NCBI RefSeq assembly: GCF_006345805.1
Contig: NW_021826811.1
Coordinates: 1 to 12,072 of the forward strand
Origin: Octopus sinensis
Lineage: Eukaryota
DNA: 12,072 nt
Direction: 5' to 3'
The notes beneath the pieces are model-generated. The model was not told the origin of the DNA and ran no database searches. It saw nothing but the letters and a program-made list of their open reading frames with translations. Both the position numbers and the translations under genes were made by a program. This document shows, piece after piece, positions 1 to 8,163 of this stretch. Position 1 is the stretch's first letter. Every line of letters starts with the position of its first letter.

Positions 1-23
1 AGCTACAGAAATTACACATTTAC

Positions 24-24
24 G

Positions 25-88
<64 letters not shown>

Positions 89-152
89 GTGTGTGTGTGT
101 GTTTGCGTGTGTGTGTGTGTGTGTGCGTATATATATATATATATATATATAC
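24..152. repeat. Compound microsatellite (TA)n-(TG)n-(TA)n
   Basis: Directly visible dinucleotide runs. Confidence 0.97.
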
Positions 153-405
153 ATAAACATGTAAATATGCACACAGAATCATACACACAGTGAAGAGACG
201 TGTGCGAATGTATACTCTATTGAGGCAAATTTAAGATACAAGGAGGGGCCTTTCCTACCATGCCATCCACAAAAAGGGAAACAATGATAGTAATACAAAT
301 AATATTAATATCCATCGTGTAAAAATGAAAAAAACAATTTGGAAGCAAAGAGACAAACTGAAATATAACAATATATATATATAAATAAAAGACCCATTTT
401 CTTTA

Positions 406-448
<43 letters not shown>

Positions 449-521
449 TATTATTATTATTTTGAATATTTTGAATATTATTATTATTATTATTTTGATT
501 ATCATTATTTTTATGATTATG

Positions 522-567
<46 letters not shown>
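406..567. repeat. (ATT)n trinucleotide microsatellite, interrupted
   Basis: Directly visible ATT runs with a few degenerate units. Confidence 0.97.
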
Positions 568-569
<2 letters not shown>

Positions 570-584
570 TTCTTTTCAATGTAA

Positions 585-1195
585 AATTCGTTGCTGCATT
601 TTCCTAGCTGAAAGAGAACGAGTGAAAATCAAAATAACAATGGAGAAGAAAAAAATATATGTAGAAAGTGTAAAGCAAGCAAACTATTGTCCATTTCTTA
701 GCCTTCATCTCCGAGGAACCGGACGCGAGATTTTTTTCCTACGAGAGTTCCGGACCCCAGTTATGAACACATTTGCGTACAGCCAATCAGATCTAAACTA
801 TCAAACTAACTTATGAACTCATAACAAGTGATGGGCGATAAGATAAGGTCACATGGATAAGAAATGTCCATGCTTCTTTCCCCTTTTAATGATGCTTTTT
901 GTTCTTGTTAGGCATAATCTGAGAGCTGAACAGCACCTTTCCTTTCACAGTTTTCAAACAATCCTTCAACGGTCTGCCAGCACCAATGCGACTTCTGCCA
1001 CCAGCAACAAGCTTTGTTAACTTGACAGCATGGTGAAAGTGAGTTCTGCTTGGCTGTATGCAAATGAGTTCATTACTGGGCTCCGGGGTCTCTCGTGAGA
1101 AAAAGAATTTCGCGAACCGGATGACATTATGGAAAACAGCAAGAAAGTGTTTTAAGAAATCGAATCTTTTAATAGCAACCGCAGCAATCGCAGTT
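585..1195. mobile_element. Decayed foldback/MITE-like element with long imperfect inverted repeats
   Basis: 717-806 (aaccggacgcgagattttttt..ccagttatgaacacatttgcgtacagccaatcaga) aligns with the reverse complement of 1034-1121 (atccggttcgcgaaattcttttt..ccagtaatgaactcatttgcatacagccaagcaga). Weaker complementarity continues outward (cgttgctgc near 589 vs gcagcaatcg near 1181). The outer ends and TE origin are inferred. Confidence 0.6.
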
Positions 1196-1293
1196 CTATA
1201 AACAACAGTTCAACGAAAATGGTAACATTAAAAGTAAAATAATAAGATATAATCCGTACTTGGAAATTCAAATTATCATAGCTGTAGTTGTTA

Positions 1294-1511
1294 AAGTGGC
1301 GAGCTGGTGGAATCGTTACCGCATCTGAAAAAATGCTTGCCGACATTTGCTCCGTCGTTACGTTCTGAGTTCGAACGCCACTGGTGTTGACTTTGCCTTT
1401 CCTTCTTTCGTGATCGATTAAAATAAGTACCAGTCGAGTGTCGACCTAAAGGATTAGTCCCTTCTCACAAAACTTCAGTCCATGTACATATCGTAGAAGC
1501 GCTTATTATTA
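1294..1511 (+). mobile_element. SINE family A, old diverged copy
   Basis: Head aagtggcgagctggtggaatcgtta, B-box-like gagttcgaac, core ttgactttgcctttccttctttcgtgatcgattaaaataagtaccag, (TTA)n-type tail. Homologous to the copies at 1957, 4641, 6394, 7274 and 7944. Confidence 0.85.
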
Positions 1512-1956
1512 TCAGTTATATTTTGTGTAATTTCATTGGTCAAACGTGTGTTGCTCTTTACACCTTTCGTACGTGCATCAATTGCTTTTGTTTTTACATA
1601 TTTTTCTGTTTTACCTGGTCGTTTTTTTTATGTAATATATATTCAGTGCTTTCAAGTGCTGTATTCCGTATGTAGTGTGTATATGTGTAAATATTTATGA
1701 TCTGGAGGTATGTAGTTTTCCTGTCTCTTCAGATAAGTTGCAATAATCTGGTTTTCTGTGCAAAACGTTGTTGTAAATTATGTATGTAGCATGTAAGCGT
1801 GTGTTTGTAGTATATAGCATGTATGTAACATGTAAACGCACGTCAATGTATGTGTTCAGTATATAAACCTAGTACGTGGTATGTAAATGCATTCTTCTCA
1901 TCGCCGAAATTGTTTTTTAAAATTTATTTACGGGACTGGAAGAGTGAATTACAAGC

Positions 1957-2176
1957 CATTTATTTATTTCAAATTTTTGCCGCAAGGGTAGCTTGGGGGA
2001 AAGGATTAAGTCCATTATATCGACCTCACTGCGTAGCTGGTACATATTTAATCGACCCCGAAAGGATGAAAGGCAAAGTCGACCTCGGCGGAATTTGAAC
2101 TCAGAACGTAACGGCAGACGAAATACCGCTAGGCATTTCGCTCGGCGTGCTAACGTTTCTACCAGTTCGCCGCCTT
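1957..2176 (-). mobile_element. SINE family A (tRNA-like head, conserved central core)
   Basis: Near-identical to 6460-6626 and 7322-7488 over atcgaccccgaaaggatgaaaggcaaagtcgacctcggcggaatttgaactc. On the minus strand there is an A-box-like tggtagaaacgttagc, a B-box-like gagttcaaattcc and an (AAAT)n tail. Confidence 0.93.
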
Positions 2177-2363
2177 CAGCCACTACTTTTATCGGGTACC
2201 TACTTACGCTTAAGTCGATGCCATTGTCAAACACCCTCACACAAAATTTCAGCCCTTGTTCTTTTACTAGAGAGGGTTATTGATTCTAAAGTACCCCCAC
2301 GTCACACCCCACCGCTGATATGACACCATGGGGAATCTAAAGACATGTAATATACCTAAAATA

Positions 2364-2758
2364 TCTATATATATAAAACTGAAGTTGTCTGTGTGTGTGT
2401 ATGGCAGGTTTGGTAGCCTTCAACTAACATTATCTCCTCCGGGACCCTGCGTAACAAGTTGACCAAAATTGAAAGTATGATAGAAGAAGGCTTGCTCTTC
2501 CTTCCGTAGAAGAAAAAATTCAAATCGGACCATGTTACAACCAAAAATTATTTGCATCAAAAATGTGCTTTTTTCCATGAAAATCTCTATTTATTACGAT
2601 TTTTTGACTGCTGTGTCGCCATTTTTCGGTGCATTTCAACCAAAAAAATGTTCACTTAAAGAGAATAACAAGCTACATAATGCCAAAGTTTTACTTTTCA
2701 AGAATTCCAATTCTAAAAGGTCGAAACAAACCCGAGCAACGCCGGTCGATACTGCTAG
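2364..2758 (+). mobile_element. Non-autonomous Helitron (395 bp)
   Basis: 5' end TCTATATATATAAA preceded by A2363. 3' end CTAG (2755-2758) followed by T. GC-rich subterminal hairpin ccgagcaacgccgg (2732-2745) about 10 nt upstream of CTAG. No TSD. These are the canonical Helitron1 hallmarks. Confidence 0.85.
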
Positions 2759-2843
2759 TAATTATTAATTTAACTTTTCCCAAATTTCTTGGTACTTAAA
2801 AAATAAAAATGATGAAATAATGAACGGTAATTTACAAGAAAAT

Positions 2844-3140
2844 GGAGGCACATGGCCTAGTGGTTAGAGCAGTGGACTCTCGGTCGATCGGCAGGTTCGA
2901 ATCTCAGACCGGGTTACGTGTGTGTTTATGAGTGAAACACCTAAGTTCCATGCGGCTCTGGCAGAAGATAATACCGAACTTCTGCTGACTCTTTCGCCAC
3001 AACGTTCTCTCAGACTTTCCTCCTGCAGCTATGAGCTCATCCGTGACGGACCGGCGTCTCGTTCAGGTGAGGAACCTATACGCCAATGAAACTGGGAAAC
3101 CGGCCCTTATGAGCCAGCCATTGCCCGAGAAGGAACAAAA
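2844..3140 (+). mobile_element. SINE family C (tRNA-derived), tail type 1
   Basis: Pol III A box TGGCCTAGTGG (2853-2863) and B box GGTTCGAATCT (2894-2904). The first ~170 bp are homologous to 8906-9080. Ends in an A-rich tail. Confidence 0.88.
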
Positions 3141-3202
3141 AGCAATTTTCTAGGAAAGCATTTCTTACCTTGTAAATGAAAACTGAAGCAAAACTTATTT
3201 TT

Positions 3203-3579
3203 CTTCTTTATTCTTTTATTTGTTTCAGTCATTTGACTGCGGCCATGCTGGAGCACCGCCTTTAGTCGAATAAATCGACCCCAGGACTTATTCTTTGTAA
3301 GCCTTGTACTCATTCTATGGCCCTCCCCGTCATACCGCTAAGTTACGGGGACGTAAACACACCAACATCAGTTGTCAAGCAATGGTGTGGAGACATAAAC
3401 ACACACTTGTATACATATATTCAACAGGTTTCTTTCAGTTTCTGTGTGTCAAATCCACCCCCAAGGATTTGGTCGACCCGAGACCATAGTAGAAGATACT
3501 TGTTCAAGGTGCCACGTAGTGGGATTGAACCCTGAAACATGTGATTGGGAAGTAAGCTTCTTACTACACAGCTACTTGC
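3203..3579 (-). mobile_element. SINE family B, full length
   Basis: Minus-strand head with B-box-like ggttcaatccc followed by the CORE-like ccttgaacaagt. Internal CA/TA tract. 3' part ggcggtgctccagcatggccgcagtcaaatgactgaaacaa with an A-rich tail. Homologous to 3591-3948, 9553-9952 and 9957-10127. Confidence 0.92.
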
Positions 3580-3590
3580 AATAAATATAT

Positions 3591-3948
3591 CTTTTATCTT
3601 TTACTTGTTTCAGTCATTAGTCTGCGACCATGCTGGGGCACCGCCTCGAAGAATTTTTAATCGAGTGATCCGAGCCTAATACTTAAGTTTTTTAAGCCTC
3701 GTACTGATTGTATCGGTCTCTTTGACTTGTAAAATGGTGGTGGGGGACAAATACAGACGCAAAAATACACGTGTAGATAGATAAATGTACGGTGGGCTTC
3801 TTTCAGTTTCCGTCGATCAAATCCACTCACAAGGTTCTGGCTGGTCCGAGGTAAAGGTGGAAGATACTTGCTCAAGGTGTCATGCTTTGGGACTTAACCG
3901 GTAAACATGTTGTTCGGGAGTATATTTCTTACCTCATAACCATGCCTG
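3591..3948 (-). mobile_element. SINE family B, second more diverged copy in tandem
   Basis: Colinear with 3203-3579 (gtttcagtcatt..ccatgctgg, ttctttcagtttc, gaagatacttg..caaggtg) with an internal deletion. Confidence 0.9.
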
Positions 3949-3954
3949 TTATTA

Positions 3955-4518
3955 TTGGGTTTCTGGAAAGTTCGTCTCGATTTTAAAAGAAAGAAAAAGG
4001 TCAATAAATACTTACCATTACATTTTTAATCAACCAAATATGAACCATTTTGTTGCACAATGCATCTCCATCTTTCCTTTAACTTGAAAATACCCTCTTC
4101 CCAGAATTGAGGTGGTTTCTTGGCAAAGAATTTATCAAGGTATCTTTTTACCTCATCCAAGGAATTGAAATTTTTACCATTAAGACTATTCTGCAGAGAC
4201 ATGAATAAGTGGAAATTCGAAGGAGCAATATCTGGTAAATATGCAGGATGGGGTAACACATCCCAGCCGAGCTGCAGCAATTTTTGTCTGGTTCCCAAAG
4301 CATCAAATACCGAAAATGAACTTTTTTACCTTCCATTTTAAAGGGTTACAGAATTAACACAGGTTATAGGAACATAAACCTTCTTCCATGAAAAGATAAC
4401 TTAAACTGTGCTCTAAATGGAGGTATAGTGAAATCCTATTTTATGGGCTCAACAATGTTTTAAAATAAGTCGAATGGTAAGCTACTATAAATCGGCACGA
4501 ACTTTCCGGACAACCCAA
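3955..4518 (-). mobile_element. Internally deleted Tc1/mariner (mariner family) DNA transposon
   Basis: ~30-bp TIRs: left ttgggtt-tctggaaagttcgtctcgattt (3955-3983), right reverse complement ttgggttgtccggaaagttcgtgccgattt (4489-4518). TA at 3953-3954; the right flank reads AA. Transposase remnant inside. Confidence 0.95.
4026..4336 (-). pseudogene. Mariner transposase remnant (N-terminal ~14 codons joined out of frame to the C-terminal ~88 codons)
   Basis: ORF 4026-4298 has LGWDVLPHPAYLPDIAPSNFHLF (mariner HPPYSPDLAPSDYHLF motif) and FWEEGIFKLKERWRCIVQQNGSY. ORF 4148-4336 starts MEGKKVHFRYLML, which resembles a mariner transposase N-terminus. Confidence 0.92.
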
Positions 4519-4640
4519 AATTTATCCAAATTTTATTAGCGTAATCGCAATTTTTTTGTAAACGGATACTGTCTTCTTTAAAACAGGAAAAAAATTGCAG
4601 AATTATACTAGTGATAGAAATTAATATTATTTAGAAATTA

Positions 4641-4965
4641 AAGGCCGCAAGCTCGCAAAATGATTAGCACACAGGGGAAAATGCTTCGTGGCATTTCGTC
4701 CGACAATTTGTCCGACAGTTCGTCCGGCATTTCATCCGAGTTCAAATTCCACCGAAGTCGAATTTGCCTTTTATCATGTGTGTTTTTACGTCTGTATTTG
4801 TCACCCACCACCATTTCACAACTGGTGTTGGTGTGTTTACGTAACTTTGTTTATGTAACTTTGCGCTTCAGACAAAGGGAGCGATAGATAAAATAAAGTA
4901 CCAGTCAACTACTAGGGTCGATGTAATCGATTTGACCCCATCCCCCCACCTCAAACTGCCTTTGC
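4641..4965 (+). mobile_element. Chimeric SINE: family A copy with a 4x12-bp internal tandem repeat and an embedded family B segment
   Basis: Family A head and core 4641-4775, family B-like segment about 4777-4886 (tttgtcacccaccacc..acaactggtgttggtgtgtttacgt..gcgata), then family A resumes at gataaaataaagtaccag (4887). Confidence 0.8.
4691..4738 (+). repeat. Four tandem 12-bp units, consensus RCAttTcGTCCG
   Basis: gcatttcgtccg / acaatttgtccg / acagttcgtccg / gcatttcatccg. Confidence 0.9.
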
Positions 4966-5098
4966 TCTCTATTCGATCTTACAACCACTTCAATCTTCTC
5001 TTCATATTTTATGCTGTGCAGCCCACTTAGGCTTTATGATTATGCGCATAGTACAACAAGAGGTGTATTAGTTTAACGCTCGGGGGATATGGAAATGT

Positions 5099-5134
5099 CT
5101 TTTACGTTTCGAGCCTAAGGTCTTCGACAGAAAG
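5099..5134 (-). ncRNA. Minimal type I hammerhead ribozyme variant (Penelope-like), core CUGUCGA
   Basis: Minus strand reads CUUU-CUGUCGA-A-GACC-uuag-GCUC-GAAA-CG-UA-AAAG. Stem I CUUU/AAAG, stem II with one C-C mismatch, palindromic ACGU stem III, GUA cleavage triplet. A6 is replaced by U. Confidence 0.62.
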
Positions 5135-5230
5135 GAATAGGAGGGAAAAGTGGAAAGCGAATGAACAAAACAAAAAATAGGGAGAGAAACTTAGTAGAGT
5201 TCAGCGGTCCAACATGCGAGATGATTGAAA

Positions 5231-5236
5231 ATATAC

Positions 5237-5281
<45 letters not shown>
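5231..5281. repeat. (TA)n microsatellite
   Basis: Directly visible. Confidence 0.97.
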
Positions 5282-5283
<2 letters not shown>

Positions 5284-5764
5284 TGAGTGCACACACGAAA
5301 GAAACACTCAAGTTATCTGGTGGAGGATTACATATATTTTAAGACAGTTTGACTCAATACGACGTTGCTTAAATATCTGTGGGCTCTTAGGACGCTTATA
5401 GATCACATTTGTCGGTCCAATGTATTTGGCCGAAAGCTTACGCTTTTGAAGGATGTCGCTTGAATATATCAAAAGCTACCGGTAATTATTGACCTTACCG
5501 TAAACTGAAAATCACAGTACAGATGCTACTATTATATTTATGGGGGAACGATACAATTAACGACTTTGTTTTATATAATTCTATTGTAAACATTGAACAT
5601 TTAAACCGGTTGTATCGGCTTGTATCGGTTTTATATTTAAACTGGCGCGATTCAACCTCTCATGCTTAGCCTATATTATCATTGTAAATTGGTATTCACT
5701 TTATGAATGTGTATAAGCACCGGAACATTTCATAAAATTTGAATTATAATTGAGTAGTTGTATA

Positions 5765-6008
5765 CTGTCAACTTAATGTGACAGTCCCATGAAGGGAGTC
5801 ACACCACTGCTATTTAGCCCTAGGAAGTATCAACGCTTCCTGTCGGCCTCGACACGTTTCCAGTGTCCCTATGTTTACAAGGGGGAGACAAGCACCTCCA
5901 CCCAGCTAAGCCTGCATCCAGAGACTAGTTTCTGATTCTTTGCTCGTCATCAGTCTGGAGTAGCATGGCCTGCTAGCTGAAGATACCTGTCTAGCCTTTG
6001 TAAACATA
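5765..6008 (-). mobile_element. Putative hammerhead-bearing non-coding element (retrozyme-like or Penelope pseudo-LTR fragment)
   Basis: GC-richer island containing a long rod-like hairpin (5870-6008) capped by a hammerhead, plus four short hairpins at 5765-5867. No ORF. Element identity and boundaries are inferred. Confidence 0.55.
5917..5959 (-). ncRNA. Minimal type I hammerhead ribozyme with canonical core
   Basis: Minus strand reads UCCAGA-CUGAUGA-cgagcaaagaauca-GAAA-CUAG-UC-UCUGGA. Perfect 6-bp stem I, canonical CUGAUGA and GAAA boxes, palindromic ACUAGU stem III, GUC cleavage triplet (cut predicted between 5923 and 5922). Stem II is weak in this copy. Confidence 0.8.
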
Positions 6009-6393
6009 TAAGAATTCTAATGAAATAAATCCACTGATTACAAAAATAGAAATATTACATTTCTATTTATGAATTATAATTATCGTATGTATTCTATATT
6101 TCCTCATATCACCCATGGTGGTAACGGTGTACTTTCAAAGTTCTCCGTAAAAGGACAGGTAATTCTCTAGTTAGATATATTGTTGCCGTATCTCTTATGC
6201 TTTAGGAAAGCGAGATCCACTTTTTCATACAAACCCCTCTCTGTCACAAATTTCGCCAGTTAACTGGTCACTTGTTTGAAAAGCTCTGATACAGATCGAA
6301 TCACGTGGTCATGTATCATGAATCCCATCAATTTTAATGTAATACGCAGAAATATTATTTTCGATATTCAACTCCATCTGGAACCCTTTAACC

Positions 6394-6626
6394 TATTTCT
6401 TTATTACCCACAAGGGGCTAAACATAGAGGGGACAAACAAGGACAGACATAGGTATTATGTCGATTACATCAACCCCAGTGCGTAACTGGTACTTAATTT
6501 ATCGACCCCGAAAGGATGAAAGGCAAAGTCGACCTCGGCGGAATTTGAACTCACAACGTAACAGCAGACGAAGTACCGCAAAGCATTTCGCCCGGTGTGC
6601 TAACGCTTCTGCTAGCTCGCCGTCTT
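6394..6626 (-). mobile_element. SINE family A with an alternative 3' tail and probable 13-bp TSD
   Basis: Head and core match the other family A copies. Flanked by tggaaccctttaa (6379-6391) and tgtaacccttgaa (6627-6639), with 2 mismatches. Confidence 0.93.
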
Positions 6627-7273
6627 TGTAACCCTTGAATGCTTTCTTGTTTATAAGGATCCTCGAGCACGCATGCGTGTGTGTGTTTTGAACAATAACG
6701 CTTCTTTGTTCATTAATGTTTCAATATTTTCTCGGCCTCATTATTTGCATCCAATGTGGAAGTGATCTGATGCTGAGGCGTTGTGCAGGAAACAACGAAG
6801 GATAATGGAAATAATTCTATAACGAGGAACGTCATCATTTTCGACCTTAAGTAGTTTAGCTATTAATATCTGCTAATTTTCATGGTGTTTTTCTTTTCTT
6901 CCATAACACTAGGATGATGTTACAGCCTGGACATGGTGGATCAATTTGTACATATTTTTGTGAGAAAACTTGATGCATTGTCGTTCGGGGAGACCACCTC
7001 AACAGAGAGAGGCCAACTTTAAGAGACACCCTATGTCATATTTTTGTGAACTTTGGGAAAAGTCCTCAAAAGTCAATGACTGCTCTGTGTCTATAAACAA
7101 TGATGCTATGCCTCTTGTGATAAAAACCAGATGCACCTCTGTAACACCGTTCGAACATACATTCACAGATCGAGAAGAACCTGTAGATTCTCAGGGCCAT
7201 AACTTTCATGTTATAGGAAGTAGCAAGAGAACTTAATTCATTACAAAATATTATTATTTAATAATATAAATAT

Positions 7274-7488
7274 TCTTTTCTACTCTAGGCATAAGGCCCG
7301 AACTTTTGGGGGAGGGGGCTAGTCGATTAGATCGACCCCACTACGCAACTAGTACTTAATTTATCGACCCCGAAAGGATGAAAGGCAAAGTCGACCTCGG
7401 GGGAATTTGACCTCAGAACGTAACGGCAGACGAAATACCGCTAAGCATTTCGTCCGGCGTGCTAACGTTTCTGCCAGCTCGCCGCCTT
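7274..7488 (-). mobile_element. SINE family A, well-preserved copy
   Basis: Minus strand begins aaggcggcgagctggcagaaacgttagcacgccggacgaaatgc with an intact core. Possible AT-rich TSD ataatataaatat / ataatgcataaatat. Confidence 0.94.
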
Positions 7489-7943
7489 ATAATGCATAAA
7501 TATCATTATATAAATATTATAATGCATCACAAAATGGGGTTCTTGTTCTAAGTTTTTATCAGTCACTGAATGCAGACCCTCACCAGTGTATACTGGCTGA
7601 ACAATTCGACAATCTTTTATTTACTTCTTCGATGGGAAACATGCAAATAAATTACGTCAAAGTTCTCTAATAGAACATTTATACATAAGAAAATGCTAAG
7701 GATAGATTATCGGTAAACTGGAGGAAAAATATATGAAGTACAGGTCAATTAAATGCTATCGCAGCAACAGTTCTTGGTCTGCTCCCAAACAATTCTCTTT
7801 CTTGTAAGGAATATAACAGGTTCAGATACTTTCGACAGTTTGCATTAAAATTGCGTCTTCTCAAAAGAATCAACGGCGGTGGGGGGCATATGCCCTATCC
7901 TTATGAGAAGAGACAAAATAGATGGGGGAAAATGACAGGATTT

Positions 7944-8163
7944 AAGGCGGCAAGCTGGCAGAATCGTTAGCACGTCCGTGAAGATGCTTAGCAGCATTTC
8001 GTCCGTCTTTACGGTCTGGTTTCAAATTCCACCAGAGACGACTTTGCCTTTCATCCTTTCGGGGTTGATAAAATAAGTACCAGCTGTGCACTGGGAGCCA
8101 ATGTAATCCATTTATCCCCTCCACTGAAATTACTGGCCTTGTGCCAAAATCTGAGACCCAATA
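7944..8163 (+). mobile_element. SINE family A
   Basis: aaggcggcaagctggcagaatcgttagcacg..gtttcaaattcc..cgactttgcctttcatcctttcggggttgataaaataagtaccag. Weak TSD-like acaggattta / acaggctta. Confidence 0.92.

Noticed and set aside
2051-2083. SINE A core atcgaccccGAAAggATGAaaggcaaagtcgac as a possible hammerhead
   Set aside because: It has GAAA and an ATGA but no CUGANGA box in the right order. It is better read as a conserved SINE central hairpin domain.
1850-2283. Overlapping ORFs of 82-107 aa, with similar peptides at 4660-4887 and 7942-8124
   Set aside because: They are chance translations of SINE family A. The peptide similarity reflects DNA repeat homology.
2532-2768. 78-aa ORF
   Set aside because: It lies within the non-autonomous Helitron and crosses its 3' end, with no Rep/helicase motifs.
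2844-2915. tRNA gene
   Set aside because: A and B boxes are present, but there is no convincing cloverleaf and the sequence runs into a SINE body repeated at 8906.
4691-4738. CRISPR-like array
   Set aside because: Contiguous 12-bp units without spacers inside a eukaryotic SINE, and no cas genes.
5408-5500. ggtccaa-tgtat-ttggccGAAAGCTT, resembling a fourth hammerhead 3' half, plus hairpin cggtaa/ttaccg
   Set aside because: No recognisable CUGANGA box or stem I. It could be a decayed relic but cannot be supported.
6768-6797. ctgatgctgaggcgttgtgcaggaaac as a hammerhead
   Set aside because: The core box is wrong (CUGAUGC) and there are no consistent stems I-III.
6970-7236. 88-aa ORF or possible exon in unique sequence
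   Set aside because: TTG start, no recognisable domain and no convincing splice context. An exon cannot be excluded without RNA-seq or BLASTx.
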